A stretch of DNA of 64,000 bases from the human T2T-CHM13v2.0 reference genome, Homo sapiens, in NCBI RefSeq assembly GCF_009914755.1, contig NC_060934.1. One strand, given 5' to 3'. The notes under the pieces are model-generated. The model saw only the letters and a list, made by a program, of their open reading frames with translations. It had not been told where the DNA came from and made no database searches. The position numbers and the translations under genes are program-made. Position 1 is the stretch's first letter, and each line of letters starts with the position of its first letter. Below are positions 41,430-53,057 of this stretch, in pieces.

Positions 41430-43019
41430 CTACTCTGTAAAGTGGGGGGTAGGGAAGGGGTGATGAAGGCACACCATCAGCTGGTACCCAAGCTCTGCCT
41501 CACTCATTTGGCAATCCTGGATCAAATGAAAAGAGCCAGGCTGGACCTCCATTCTATCATCATGAAATTCACGGCTTCTTTCAGCAGGTGTTTGCTAAGT
41601 ATCTCACACATGAAGCACTGTGCTTTGTGTCTCTAGACTCGGTGATGAGCAGTGACATGCAGGTCCTACTAGCATGTCACTCCGGCTTGGATCCAAGCTT
41701 GGCAGCAAAGAGAGTGAAGTCATTATTTTATGCATGTCCTGGAGAGATACTCCATGGGTCCCTGATGAAGAAATGTGAGAAGAAAGAAAGGAGAGACCTC
41801 AAGGGGAGTGGGGTGGGGTTGGGGGGGCGGGGGAATATCCTCCTCATCAACCAGGTAAACAATAACTTTGAAACTCTGTCCACCCCACCAACTACACATG
41901 CGTGCATGCATACAAACACATATACACACAGGCATACAGCCTCAGAGGAAGTTCAGCTCTGTGATGCTGGCAGGGTTTGACCCCTCAGAGCAATGGGCTT
42001 GACTTTGACTAACAATTTGCATGCAACCAGGGAAAACTAGTTGTTGCTCCTCAGGCTCCTAAACTGGTATTTACCTACAAAGCACATGTTATTTATTGAT
42101 ACTTTTCAACTGAAATTTGATGCCCATAGGCACTTATGCCAAGAGTGGAGCTTAGTTACTCTTGTCTTTGAAAAACTCCAGATTTACTTTTTTCAAGGCC
42201 ATTTATTGGCTTTCTCTTCTAGCGCAGCCTTTTAATTTTCAGGGGTTCTGGGAAACTAGGAGAAATCCTTTGCTATCGTGGAGAAAATTCGCTAGTGTCT
42301 TCATAAGTCAAAGATATTAGACATCCTTCTTCCTGAGAATTCCTACGTCGTTGTAATGGTGGATATTTGCTTTTCCTTAAAATTTCACACCAAATCAATA
42401 GTATGAAAAGATGACAGAAGGTAAAAAACACTCATAATTATATTATTGATCTAGAAAATGTCAGAACGTCAGGAAAATTAGACCCAAACAACTCATGTGT
42501 CCAACCAGAGTAAAAATGACCAAAGAAATGGCCAATTCTTAGAGGAAATACGTCCATTTCCTCTAAGGCCTTAAAGACCCAGGCTCATTTTATGATTTTA
42601 AAAAATTCACGAATGCCACCGGGAAAGAGGCTTTAGTCATTTTTTGGTGATCTTCTGAATCGATATGCTGAGGAAGGTGAAACACAAGTGTGAACAAGGC
42701 CAGCTAAGCCATCCCCTTAACATAAGCTAAGTCCTTCCTTGTGCTGGTGATAACTGGAGAAAATTGCTCACACTCTTGTCAGCCCAAAAGTAATACAGAC
42801 CTGGCCATTGTGCATTTCCATTTAACTATAACTGAGGCTGTAGACACTCAGCATGTGGGTCTGGGAGAGAAGAAGATACAAGTAGACCAGTTAGTCTAAA
42901 AGTGTCTTCTCCCATCTGGTACTCAAGTTTCCATGTTTTGACAGTTACTCCGCTTGGTCAAAACCATATATCTATCTACCCTCCAACCTCGTCCCACCAC
43001 ACACAGTGTTTAAAGTGTT

Positions 43020-43195
43020 AGATGGAGAGCACATGGCATGGTTAAGCAAGTCCTGGAAGAGGCTTGTGACATGGGGCTGTGTTCTGACTCTACCATCCAC
43101 TAGCTTTGTGACTAGAACTAAAAGTTGACATCTCTGAATCTTTATTTAGAAAACAGAGAGATCTAGGCAAGGTTGTCTGTAAAATTCTTTTATCT
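43020..43195 (+). mobile_element. MIR/MIR3 fragment
   Basis: ggcatggttaag...ctgactctaccatccactagctttgtgact. Confidence 0.55.
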
Positions 43196-43465
43196 ATGAA
43201 GTACGTCAGCTGGTTGATAAATTACCAATGATTAAAACATGTCTCCGAATTATGGGACCAGATGGGTCTGCTTTAGAAGCCAAGCTAGGAAAAACGTAAG
43301 GAGGAAAGATACCCCTAAGGGATGAGGGGGACCATGTTTTTCAGGATTGGAACAGAGGTTTCTCACTGCAAGTTGTGCCCAGGGAGGCCACATGCCCTGT
43401 TGCACCCTCTGTCCTGTGGAAGAAAGGCTCAGGCAAATTAGCTTCCTTCCTATCAGCCTGCGAGA

Positions 43466-46400
43466 GCCCACACCTTCCATCCATCCCGCATCCTCCATCC
43501 ATCCCAAACACTCCATCCATCCAGCATCCTCCCTCCATTGGGCAGCCTCCCACCATCCCACACTCTCCCTCCATCCCTCACCCTCCATCCATCCTTCACC
43601 CTCCATCCATCCTGCACCCTCCCCCAGCCCCCACCCTCCATTCATCCCACATCCTCCATCCATCCCTCACCCTCTATCCATCCCACACCCTCCATCCATC
43701 CCTCACCCTCTATCCATCCCACACCCCCCATCCATCCCACACCCTCCATCCATCCTTCACCCTCCATCCATCCCTCACCCTCCATCCATCCCACACCCTC
43801 CATCCATCCCACACCCTCCATCCATCCCTCACCCTCCATCCATCCCACACCCTCCATCCATCCCACACCCTCCATCCACCCCAAACCCTCCATCCATCCC
43901 ACACCCTCCATCCATCCCACACCCTCCATCCATCCCTCACCCTCCATCCATCCCACACCCTCCATCCATCCCACACCCTCCATCCATCCCTCACCCTCCA
44001 TCCATCCCACACCCTCCATCCATCCCACACCCTCCATCCATCCCTCACCCTCCATTCATCCCACACCCTCCATCCATCCCACACCCTCCATCCACCCCAA
44101 ACCCTCCATCCATCCCACACCCTCCATCCACCCCAAACCCTCCATCCATCCCACAGCCTCAATCCACCCCAAACCCTCCATCCATCCCTCACCCTCTATC
44201 CATCCCACACCCTCCATCCATCCCCCACCCTCCATTCATCCCTCACCCTCCATCCATCCCACACCCTCCATCCACCCCAAACCCTCCATCCATCCCACAC
44301 CCTCCATCCACCCCAAACCCTCCATCCATCCCACAGCCTCCATCCACCCCAAACCCTCCATCCATCCCTCACCCTCTATCCATCCCACACCCTCCATCCA
44401 TCCCACACCCTCCATCCATCCCACACCCTCCATCCACCCCAAACCCTCCATCCATCCCACACCCTCCATCCACCCCAAACCCTCCATCCATCCCACAGCC
44501 TCAATCCACCCCAAACCCTCCATCCATCCCTCACCCTCTATCCATCCCACACCCTCCATCCATCCCCCACCCTCCATTCATCCCTCACCCTCCATCCATC
44601 CCACACCCTCCATCCACCCCAAACCCTCCATCCATCCCACACCCTCCATCCACCCCAAACCCTCCATCCATCCCACAGCCTCCATCCACCCCAAACCCTC
44701 CATCCATCCCTCACCCTCTATCCATCCCACACCCTCCATCCATCCCACACCCTCCATTCATCCCTCACCCTCCATCCATCCCACACCCTCCATCCATCCC
44801 ACACCCTCCATCCATCCCACACCCTCCATCCATCCCTCACCCTCCATCCATCCCTCACCCTCCATCCATCCCACACCCTCCATCCATCCCACACCCTCCA
44901 TTCATCCCACACCCTCCATCCATCCCACACCCTCCATCCATCCCTCACCCTCTATCCATCCCTCACCCTCCATCCACCCCAAACCCTCCATCCATCCTTC
45001 ACCCTCCATCCATCCTGCACCCTCCCCCAGCCCCCACCCTCCATTCATCCCACACCCTCCATCCATCCCTCACCCTCTATCCATCCCACACCCTCCATCC
45101 ATCCCTCACCCTCTATCCATCCCACACCCCCCATCCATCCCTCACCCTCCATCCATCCCACACCCTCCATCCATCCCACACCCTCCATCCATCCCACACC
45201 CTCCATCCATCCTTCACCCTCCATCCATCCCTCACCCTCCATCCATCCCACACCCTCCATCCATCCTTCACCCTCCATCCATCCCTCACCCTCCATCCAT
45301 CCCTCACCCTCCATCTATCCCACACCCTCCATCCATCCCACACCCTCCATCCATCCCTCACCCTCCATCCATCCCACACCCTCCATCCATCCCACACCCT
45401 CCATCCATCCCACACCCTCCATCCATCCCTCACCCTCTATCCATCCCACACCCTCCATCCATCCCTCACCCTCCATCCATCCCACACCCTCCATCCATCC
45501 CTCACCCTCCATCCATCCCACACCCTCCATCCATCCCACACCCTCCATCCATCCCTCACCCTCCATCCATCCCACACCCTCCATCCATCCCACACCCTCC
45601 ATCCATCCCACACCCTCCATCCATCCCTCACCCTCCATTCATCCCACACCCTCCATCCATCCCACACCCTCCATCCACCCCAAACCCTCCATCCATCCCA
45701 CACCCTCCATCCACCCCAAACCCTCCATCCATCCCACAGCCTCAATCCACCCCAAACCCTCCATCCATCCCTCACCCTCTATCCATCCCACACCCTCCAT
45801 CCATCCCACACCCTCCATCCATCCCACACCCTCCATCCACCCCAAACCCTCCATCCATCCCACACCCTCCATCCATCCGTCACCCTCCATTCATCCCACA
45901 CCCTCCATCCATCCCTCACTCTCCATCCATCCCACACCCTCCATCCATCCCTCACCCTCCATCCATCCCACACTCTCCCTCCATCCCTCACCCTCCATCC
46001 ATCCTGCACCCTCCCCCAGCCCCCACCCTCCATTCATCCCTCACCCTCCATCCATCCCACACCCTCCATCCACCCCAAACCCTCCATCCATCCCACAGCC
46101 TCCCTCCATCTCATACTTTCCATTCATCCCACACCCTCCATCCATCCCTCACCCTCCATCCATCCCACAGTCTCCCTCCATCCTGCACCCTCCCTCCATC
46201 CCTCACTCTCCATCCACCCCACAGCCTCCCTCCATCTCATACTTTCCATTCATCCCCCACCCTCCCTCCATCCCAAACACTCCATCTAACCCGCATCTTC
46301 CATCCATCCCCCACCCTCCCTCCATCCCGCAGCCTCCCCTCATCCCTCACCTTTCATACACCCCCCACCCTCCCACCATCCCGCAGCCTCCGTCCATCCC

Positions 46401-46472
46401 ACAGCCCCCCTTCATTCAGAAGCCTCCCTCCATCCCCTACCCTCCATCCATCCCACACCCTCCATCCATCCT
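43466..46472. repeat. Minisatellite/VNTR, 18-bp unit CCCTCCATCCATCCCACA, ~165 units
   Basis: Directly visible tandem array with variants ...CCCTCA, ...CACCCCAAA, CCCTCTAT..., CCCTCCATTC...; homogeneous core ~43545-46100 and degenerate flanks. Confidence 0.98.
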
Positions 46473-47984
46473 ACTGCCTCCTTTTGCAAGGGTGCTTGAG
46501 CAGGTCAGGGAACAGCCCAGGGCCCTCCTGTAATACCCTGGCTGTGGCTGTTGGGAAGCTGGAGGCTTGGGGCAGGCACTTGTAGTTCCAAACAACCATT
46601 TTTGGATTTGTGTTGTTGTTATTGTTTTGCTTTACCTGAATTTGATTTTTGCAGAGAAACTGGTGCTATATTTTTTTTTTTAGAAGAAAAAGGTGGCCTT
46701 GGGAAACTTCATCTTGGGGGTTTTGCCTGAAGGCCAATATCACACTCGAAATGGTTGAGAGAGATTATTTCTACCAGAGGAGTTGGCAGCTTCCCCAGAA
46801 ACATAGGAAAGTTTCTGAGCACAACAGGAAACCAGACTTCAAAAACAAATTCTGCTGCTGCCTCCTGCCCTGGTGAGCCAGGGGCACGGAGTGAGAGGGA
46901 GGGAAATAGTCCAGCAAAGTGCTTTTTGCCATGGTCACCAGCCCAGCGAGGTCCCCGGGGTGGAGTGTCTCAGCCCAGTGCACCTTCACCGTGGATACAG
47001 GGGCGATGGGGAAGACCTGTCCTAGCACTCCCAGGCCCGCACTTGGGTCTTCACTTCTGCAGAACACAGTCACATTGAATGACTTCAGTGACACGACACT
47101 GGGACTGTCGCTGGAATGCAAGGCACTGTAGAGGGACTGCCTGTTTTTCTCAGGTAAAATAGTTCATTTCAAGTGGTGTCAGGGCCTTAAATACTTCCTT
47201 ATCACTCAAGACAGAAACAGCCCCAGGACTAGACAAGGAATCAGTCACCTTATATGAATGCTCCTCCTGCACACCCAATGCAAATGCTTCACACCTTCAA
47301 ACCCTCCCTGCCAGTCCCCTCAAGCAGTCAAATTAATTATCCTGATGATTGCATCACCTCAAAAAGAGGCAATCTCTTATAATCAATTACACTCACGGTC
47401 CTCCAGCATTCAATTCCTGTCAACGTACAATTTAAACCAGCACTTCAAAATCATTTATTTTTGATTCCTGGGTCTACTAAAATGGCTTCTCAGAATACAT
47501 TTCTTGCAGAAACATTACCAAGGTCAATGCTAGAAAGGAAGGATTATGTGCAGGAGCTTCCTCCAAGGGCACCCCTCCCCAGCAAGATCTTCTGTGAAAT
47601 GGGGTAGCAGAAAAGATGTGCACTTTGAGGGGTATTTCCACCTCCGATATTATGCAATTCTCATCTCAATCTTTCTGCACCCTCCCCCACCAACATATAC
47701 CACCTTGGCTTACCTCCCATCTTGCTCTAGACTGCTCAGTTCTATAATTCAAATGTATGAGTGAATTTTGTGTCATTAATCAAATGGCATCCAGTCAAGC
47801 CTCAGCTTACAAATGGCAAAAACAAAATCTGATGACCTCACATTTTCAGGGGATATCTTTGATCATTTTATTCTGAGTTTCTACCAAAGCACTTACACTC
47901 TGTAAGTGTTCTGAGTGTAAGGATTTTAATAAAATTGTTCTCAAGATTTTTGTTTCCCATTATGATGATGTATTACACTGGTAG

Positions 47985-48140
47985 CAGAAAAAAACAGATA
48001 TTGGAGCCAGTCTTTTCTGGGCTCGAGTCCATCTCAGTTCCACCATTTACTGTGTGACCTTGGGCAACTTACTTAACCTTACTAGGCTTGAAGATTCTCA
48101 TCTACCTATTTAAGTGCCTAACACAGTGTCTGGCACAAAA
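47985..48140 (+). mobile_element. MIR SINE
   Basis: ttggagccagtc...tttactgtgtgaccttgggcaacttacttaacctt...aacacagtgtctggcaca. Confidence 0.8.
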
Positions 48141-48409
48141 TGCAAATCAAAATGGGAAATTTCCTTCTCTTTCCTTATTCATTTCTAGATAAGTAAACAA
48201 CAGTCCTGAAAGTTAAATATTTTGTCTGATATTATATAATAATAATTATTGTTATTTATTAATTATTATTTTTATAACTAATGTTCTTGGAGCACTTTTT
48301 TTTTCTCCCAGACATTATGGTCATTTCTTATCTATGCATACCAGAAGGAGTATACAGAGGGAACTATCCAAAATTTCAAAATCATTTATAATTAGGTTTC
48401 AAAACATAA

Positions 48410-49910
48410 GTGAGCAGAAAAGCAACAAATAGATAAATTGGATATCAGCAAAATTAAAGACCTTTGTGCTTCAAAAAACACCTCCAAAGGGTAAAAAGAC
48501 AACCTCCACAATGGGAGAAAATTTTTGAAAACCATATATCTGATTGTGATGATTAATACTGAATGTCAACTTGATTGGATTGAAGGATGCAAAATATCCA
48601 TCCTGGGTGTGTCTGTGAGGGTGTTGACAAAGGAGATTTACATTTAAGTCAGTGGGCTGGGAAAGGCAGACCTACCCTTAATCTGGGTGGGCTCCATCTA
48701 ATCAGCTGCCAGCAAATATAAAGCAGGCAGAAAAACATGAAGAGGTGAGACTGGCCTAGCCTCCCAGCCTACATCTTTCGCTCATGCTGGATGCTTCCTG
48801 CCCTCAAACATCGGATTACAAGTTCTTCAGTTTTGGGACTTGGGCTGGCTCTCCTTTTTCCTCAGCTTGCAGATGGCCTATTATGGGACCTTTGAGTTAA
48901 TACTTAATAAACTCCCCTTTATATATATATATCTATCCTACTAGTTCTGTCCGTCTAGAAAACCCTGACTAATACACTGATAAAGGACTTTTATCTAGAA
49001 TATATAAAGAATATTTACAATTCATTAGTAAAAAGGCAAATAATCCAATGAAAAATGGGCAAATGATCTGAATAGACATTTCTCCAAAAAAGATATACAA
49101 ATGATCAATTAACACATGAAAAGATACTCAGTGTTATTATCTCTCAGGGACATGTAAATCAAAACTACAATGAGATACCAATCCACACCCAATAGGAAGG
49201 CTATGATCAAAAAGAAAGATAACAAAAAGTGTTGGCAAGGATTTAGCGAAATCAGAACCCTTATACACTGCTGGTGGGATGTAAAATAGGGTAGCTTCTT
49301 TGGAAATGAGTGTGACATTCCTCGGATTATTTTAGAAAAACCTATGACCCAACAATTTTACTCCTAGATATATATTATCCAGTGAATTGAAAACATAACC
49401 ACACAAAAACTTATGCCTGAATGTTTACAGAAGCACTAATTACAGTAGCCAAAAGGTGGAAACAACCCAAATGTCCATCAGCCAAGGAATGGAGAAACAA
49501 ATGTGGTCTATCCATACAATGGAATATTATTTGGCCATAAAAAGGAATAAAGTGCTGAAGCATGTTGGCAATATGGATGAACCTTGAAAACATTATGCTA
49601 AGGGAAAGAAGTCAGTCACAAAAGGCCACATCTTATGTGATTTCATTTATGTGAAATGTCCCAAATGGGCAAATCTGTGGAAAGTAGCTCAATGGTTTCC
49701 TGGGGCTGGGAGGATGGGGGAAGATGGTGAGTGACTGCTAATGAACACAGGGGGACCCTTTTGGGGTGATAAAAAAATGTTCCAAAATTGACTGTGGTGA
49801 TGGTTCACACTGTGAACACATGACAACCAATGAACTACACACTAAATAAGTGATGTTATGATGTCATGTGAATTATATTTCAACAAAACTATTATTTTTT
49901 AAAAAAATAA
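48410..49910 (+). mobile_element. L1MB-type LINE-1 3' fragment interrupted by MLT2A
   Basis: ORF2 3' remnants (aaaaatgggcaaatgatctgaatagacatttctcc) and an L1MB 3' UTR ending tgtgaattatatttcaacaaa. Confidence 0.85.
48545..48976 (+). mobile_element. MLT2A1/2 (HERVL) solo LTR
   Basis: tgtgatgattaatactgaatgtcaacttgattggattgaagg...aaccctgactaataca; perfect TSD ctgat. Confidence 0.92.
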
Positions 49911-50469
49911 GCAAGTAGTTTGTGTATGTTGTTGTTGTTGTTACTTTGACAAGCTGGACTCCAGTTTTAAAGTGGTCTGAGGTCCCTGGGCACACCCTTT
50001 ATGCGTCCTCTCCCACTGAATGTCAGGGAACTGTCCTGGAAGTATCGGTGCTGAAGGGTGTTGAGTGAGTAATACCTGAGCCAGAGAGTCCACATCACAC
50101 CCAATGAGGTAGCCCACCCCAATCATGGAAGCTTCTCGATGCACCAAGAAGTTCCCCCTCTGCACTGGTGCCCTTCTGGCCAGGAGTGACCATTCAGCTA
50201 CTTCTCCATCTGGTAAACTCTAGAGCTTCTTGTAAGGCATGGTTTGGGGGCCCCTCCTGATGAGCCTTGCCCAATTCTTCCTGTAGGGAAGCCACCTTGT
50301 CCATTCCCCCACTTTCAGATGGCTTGTACTGCATCATCATTGGATGAATTACATGTTCGCCCCGCATTAGGCTTTCAGATCCTTAAAAGTAGGGGTTGAA
50401 ACTTGCCCATTTGAGCGCCCACATCACCCTACAAATACCCTATAAACAAAGAATGAAAAAGCAAAGAAG

Positions 50470-50700
50470 TCTCTGAGCATCCACTGTGTGTCACACGCAA
50501 TGATGTAGTGCTCACACACAATAGTTAAGTCTCACATAAACCTACGGGAGTTAGAATTATGAACACTCTTTTCCAATAAGGAGACTGACATTCAGAGAAG
50601 TCAGAAAACCTTCTCAGAGCTACAGAATTAATACTTGGCAGGACCTACATTCCAGTCAGGGCCATGTCGTGCTGAAGACCACAGCCTCTTATGGATAATT
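50470..50700 (-). mobile_element. MIR fragment
   Basis: taaggagactgacattcagagaagtcagaaaaccttctcagagctacag. Confidence 0.55.
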
Positions 50701-51206
50701 GAGTGACCTTTCCAGACCACGACTACTCATCTCCTCACCTAAAACTTTCTCCTATTTTCTTCTTTCTAGCTGGCTCTAACTCCTGCTTTTGCGCTGGAGT
50801 CTCTGCAACCTCTGGCAGAGTCTCTGGGACTCGTGTCAGGTCCTGGCTTTTTCTTAAAGGTGACTTCACCTAGGATGTATGACAAATGCCTTCTTGTTTG
50901 CTTGGACCCATTTCATGCCTCTCCAGTGGAGAATGTCTTGACCTTGTGACCCTGCCTGTCTGCCAACCTAGCCTTCTCACAGGCTTTGGACAAACCATTG
51001 CTTTTAAAATTTTTACTTTTTGGCAAGATTTCCAAGGTGAAGCGTTTCTGAATCTGAGGTGCAAACTCTGCATGAGCTTTCTGGCAGATATTCTGTAAGT
51101 GTTACGTTGGGTCAAAATGTCCACTGCAAAATAACTCTCCAGACACTTGCGGAAAATGGTTCCAGCGAAGCAAAAGTGGCATCACAGAGAGGGACAAGAG
51201 CATCTT

Positions 51207-51237
51207 GTTGCCATGGTAACAGCAGCTGAGCTTCCGG
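51207..51237. promoter_or_regulatory. RFX X-box with adjacent E-box and ETS core (candidate enhancer)
   Basis: GTTGCCATGGTAAC (51207-51220), CAGCTG (51223-51228), CTTCCGG (51231-51237); motif evidence only. Confidence 0.5.
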
Positions 51238-52707
51238 CACAGCCTGCAGCCCTGGTAAATGCCAATATGTTGTCTCACCTCCAGTGAAAAAAACAAAACA
51301 GCTTCCTAAACCTATCCCACTCCCTCAGGGTGCAGAACTGTGATATGACAAAGAGGCAGGTCAGCAGGGTTTCATTTCTTCATCAGAGTGTTTCTCTGGA
51401 ATGGGAAGTATTAAGCTATGCAACAACTGAGATTTCTTTAATGACACTGGAATTGGAGTTTCTGTAAATTTCCCCTTTCACCCAATGCCAAGAGCTCCTG
51501 GGAGGAAGAGAAGCTTGAGCCACACAGTGGCTTACTCAGAACACACTTTCATAATGGAACAGAGTGCTCGATTTCCTTTTTGAACGTGTTTGAAAGATAT
51601 GAAGTGACCCAGAATGATTTGAACGGTTTGAAAGATATGAAGTGACCTAGAATGATTTACAGTAAATATTATTTTTACACAGATAAGAATAGCACCGCGA
51701 CACCTGCCTTCTCTGACATTCTCAACAGCTGAGACAACTCCCCTCACTGTTGACTGTCAATAGAGTGAAAACAACAAGAGGGTACTTCCCAAGGTCACCC
51801 CCAAGGTCACCTTGAGTGGGTGTCCGTAGGGCCTCAGCTTCCAAAGGGCACTCAGATCACTGCATTTGTTAAAAAGTCAAAAAGATGGTTTTTTATTCTA
51901 GAAACTCCTGCGGCATTCCTTCTTGGAGATGTGGGAGACCAAACCCAGAGGTGGGCTGGGGTGGTGGGGAGGGAGGGCAATGCAGTCCATGAAATGGTGT
52001 CATAGGGGTTGATGCCCTGTGGCTCTGAATGTTCACAGGCCTTTCTGGGAGAAAAGAGAACCCAGGAATCCATTTATTCCAGATTCCAGCAAACCAGAAA
52101 AATACACAAAAACCAATAGACCCGCCAGAGCCCTGGCCCAGGTGGGGCCTTCAGAGGCTCCCTCCAAAGGCTCTAGGCAGACTCCCGACCAGCTCCCTCT
52201 GTCATGCTTTCTGCTCAGTCATTGGCTTGTCTCCTGGCAACCACAGAAAGCTACTTCTCCCCAACTGTCCTGTCTGGAGGGGCTGGTGCACCATCAGAAC
52301 TGCGTTCCAAACACCACCCACTCCGTGCCCCACACTGTACTGCATTATCTGGGTAGTATTGTTTGAACTTGTTGAAAACATTACACTATAAAAGTTTCTT
52401 CTCCTTCTGGACAAGAGCACTGTCTTCTCTTTTCATTTTAATCCTAAGCAATAATGCCATATTCTATCCTTGGTCAATGTCCTGGAGTTGATTGATTGAT
52501 TTGGGACATTTCCACTACTGCTCCCACTGGGTCTTCTCCATCTGCATTTTTAAAATGCCACCTCCATCATCCACACATGCTTTCTGCTAAGCAGCCCTCC
52601 GTTCTTCAGCCAGTGTTTGTGGGTCTGTTCCTCCTGCATGTGCTTTTTCACGGAACCCTAGATTTTTAATCAGATGTACTTTTTGTTGTTATTGTTAACA
52701 GCCATGA

Positions 52708-53057
<350 letters not shown>

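Noticed and set aside
43466-46472. CRISPR-like array or PRDM9 hotspot motif
   Set aside because: There are no unique spacers and the context is eukaryotic. The core units do not match CCNCCNTNNCCNC (position 10 is A).
43347-46585. Three ~1000-aa ORFs as a protein-coding gene
   Set aside because: They start at TTG/GTG, all three frames are open only because the repeat cannot form stops, and 17-bp units shift frame. Kept only as a hypothesis.
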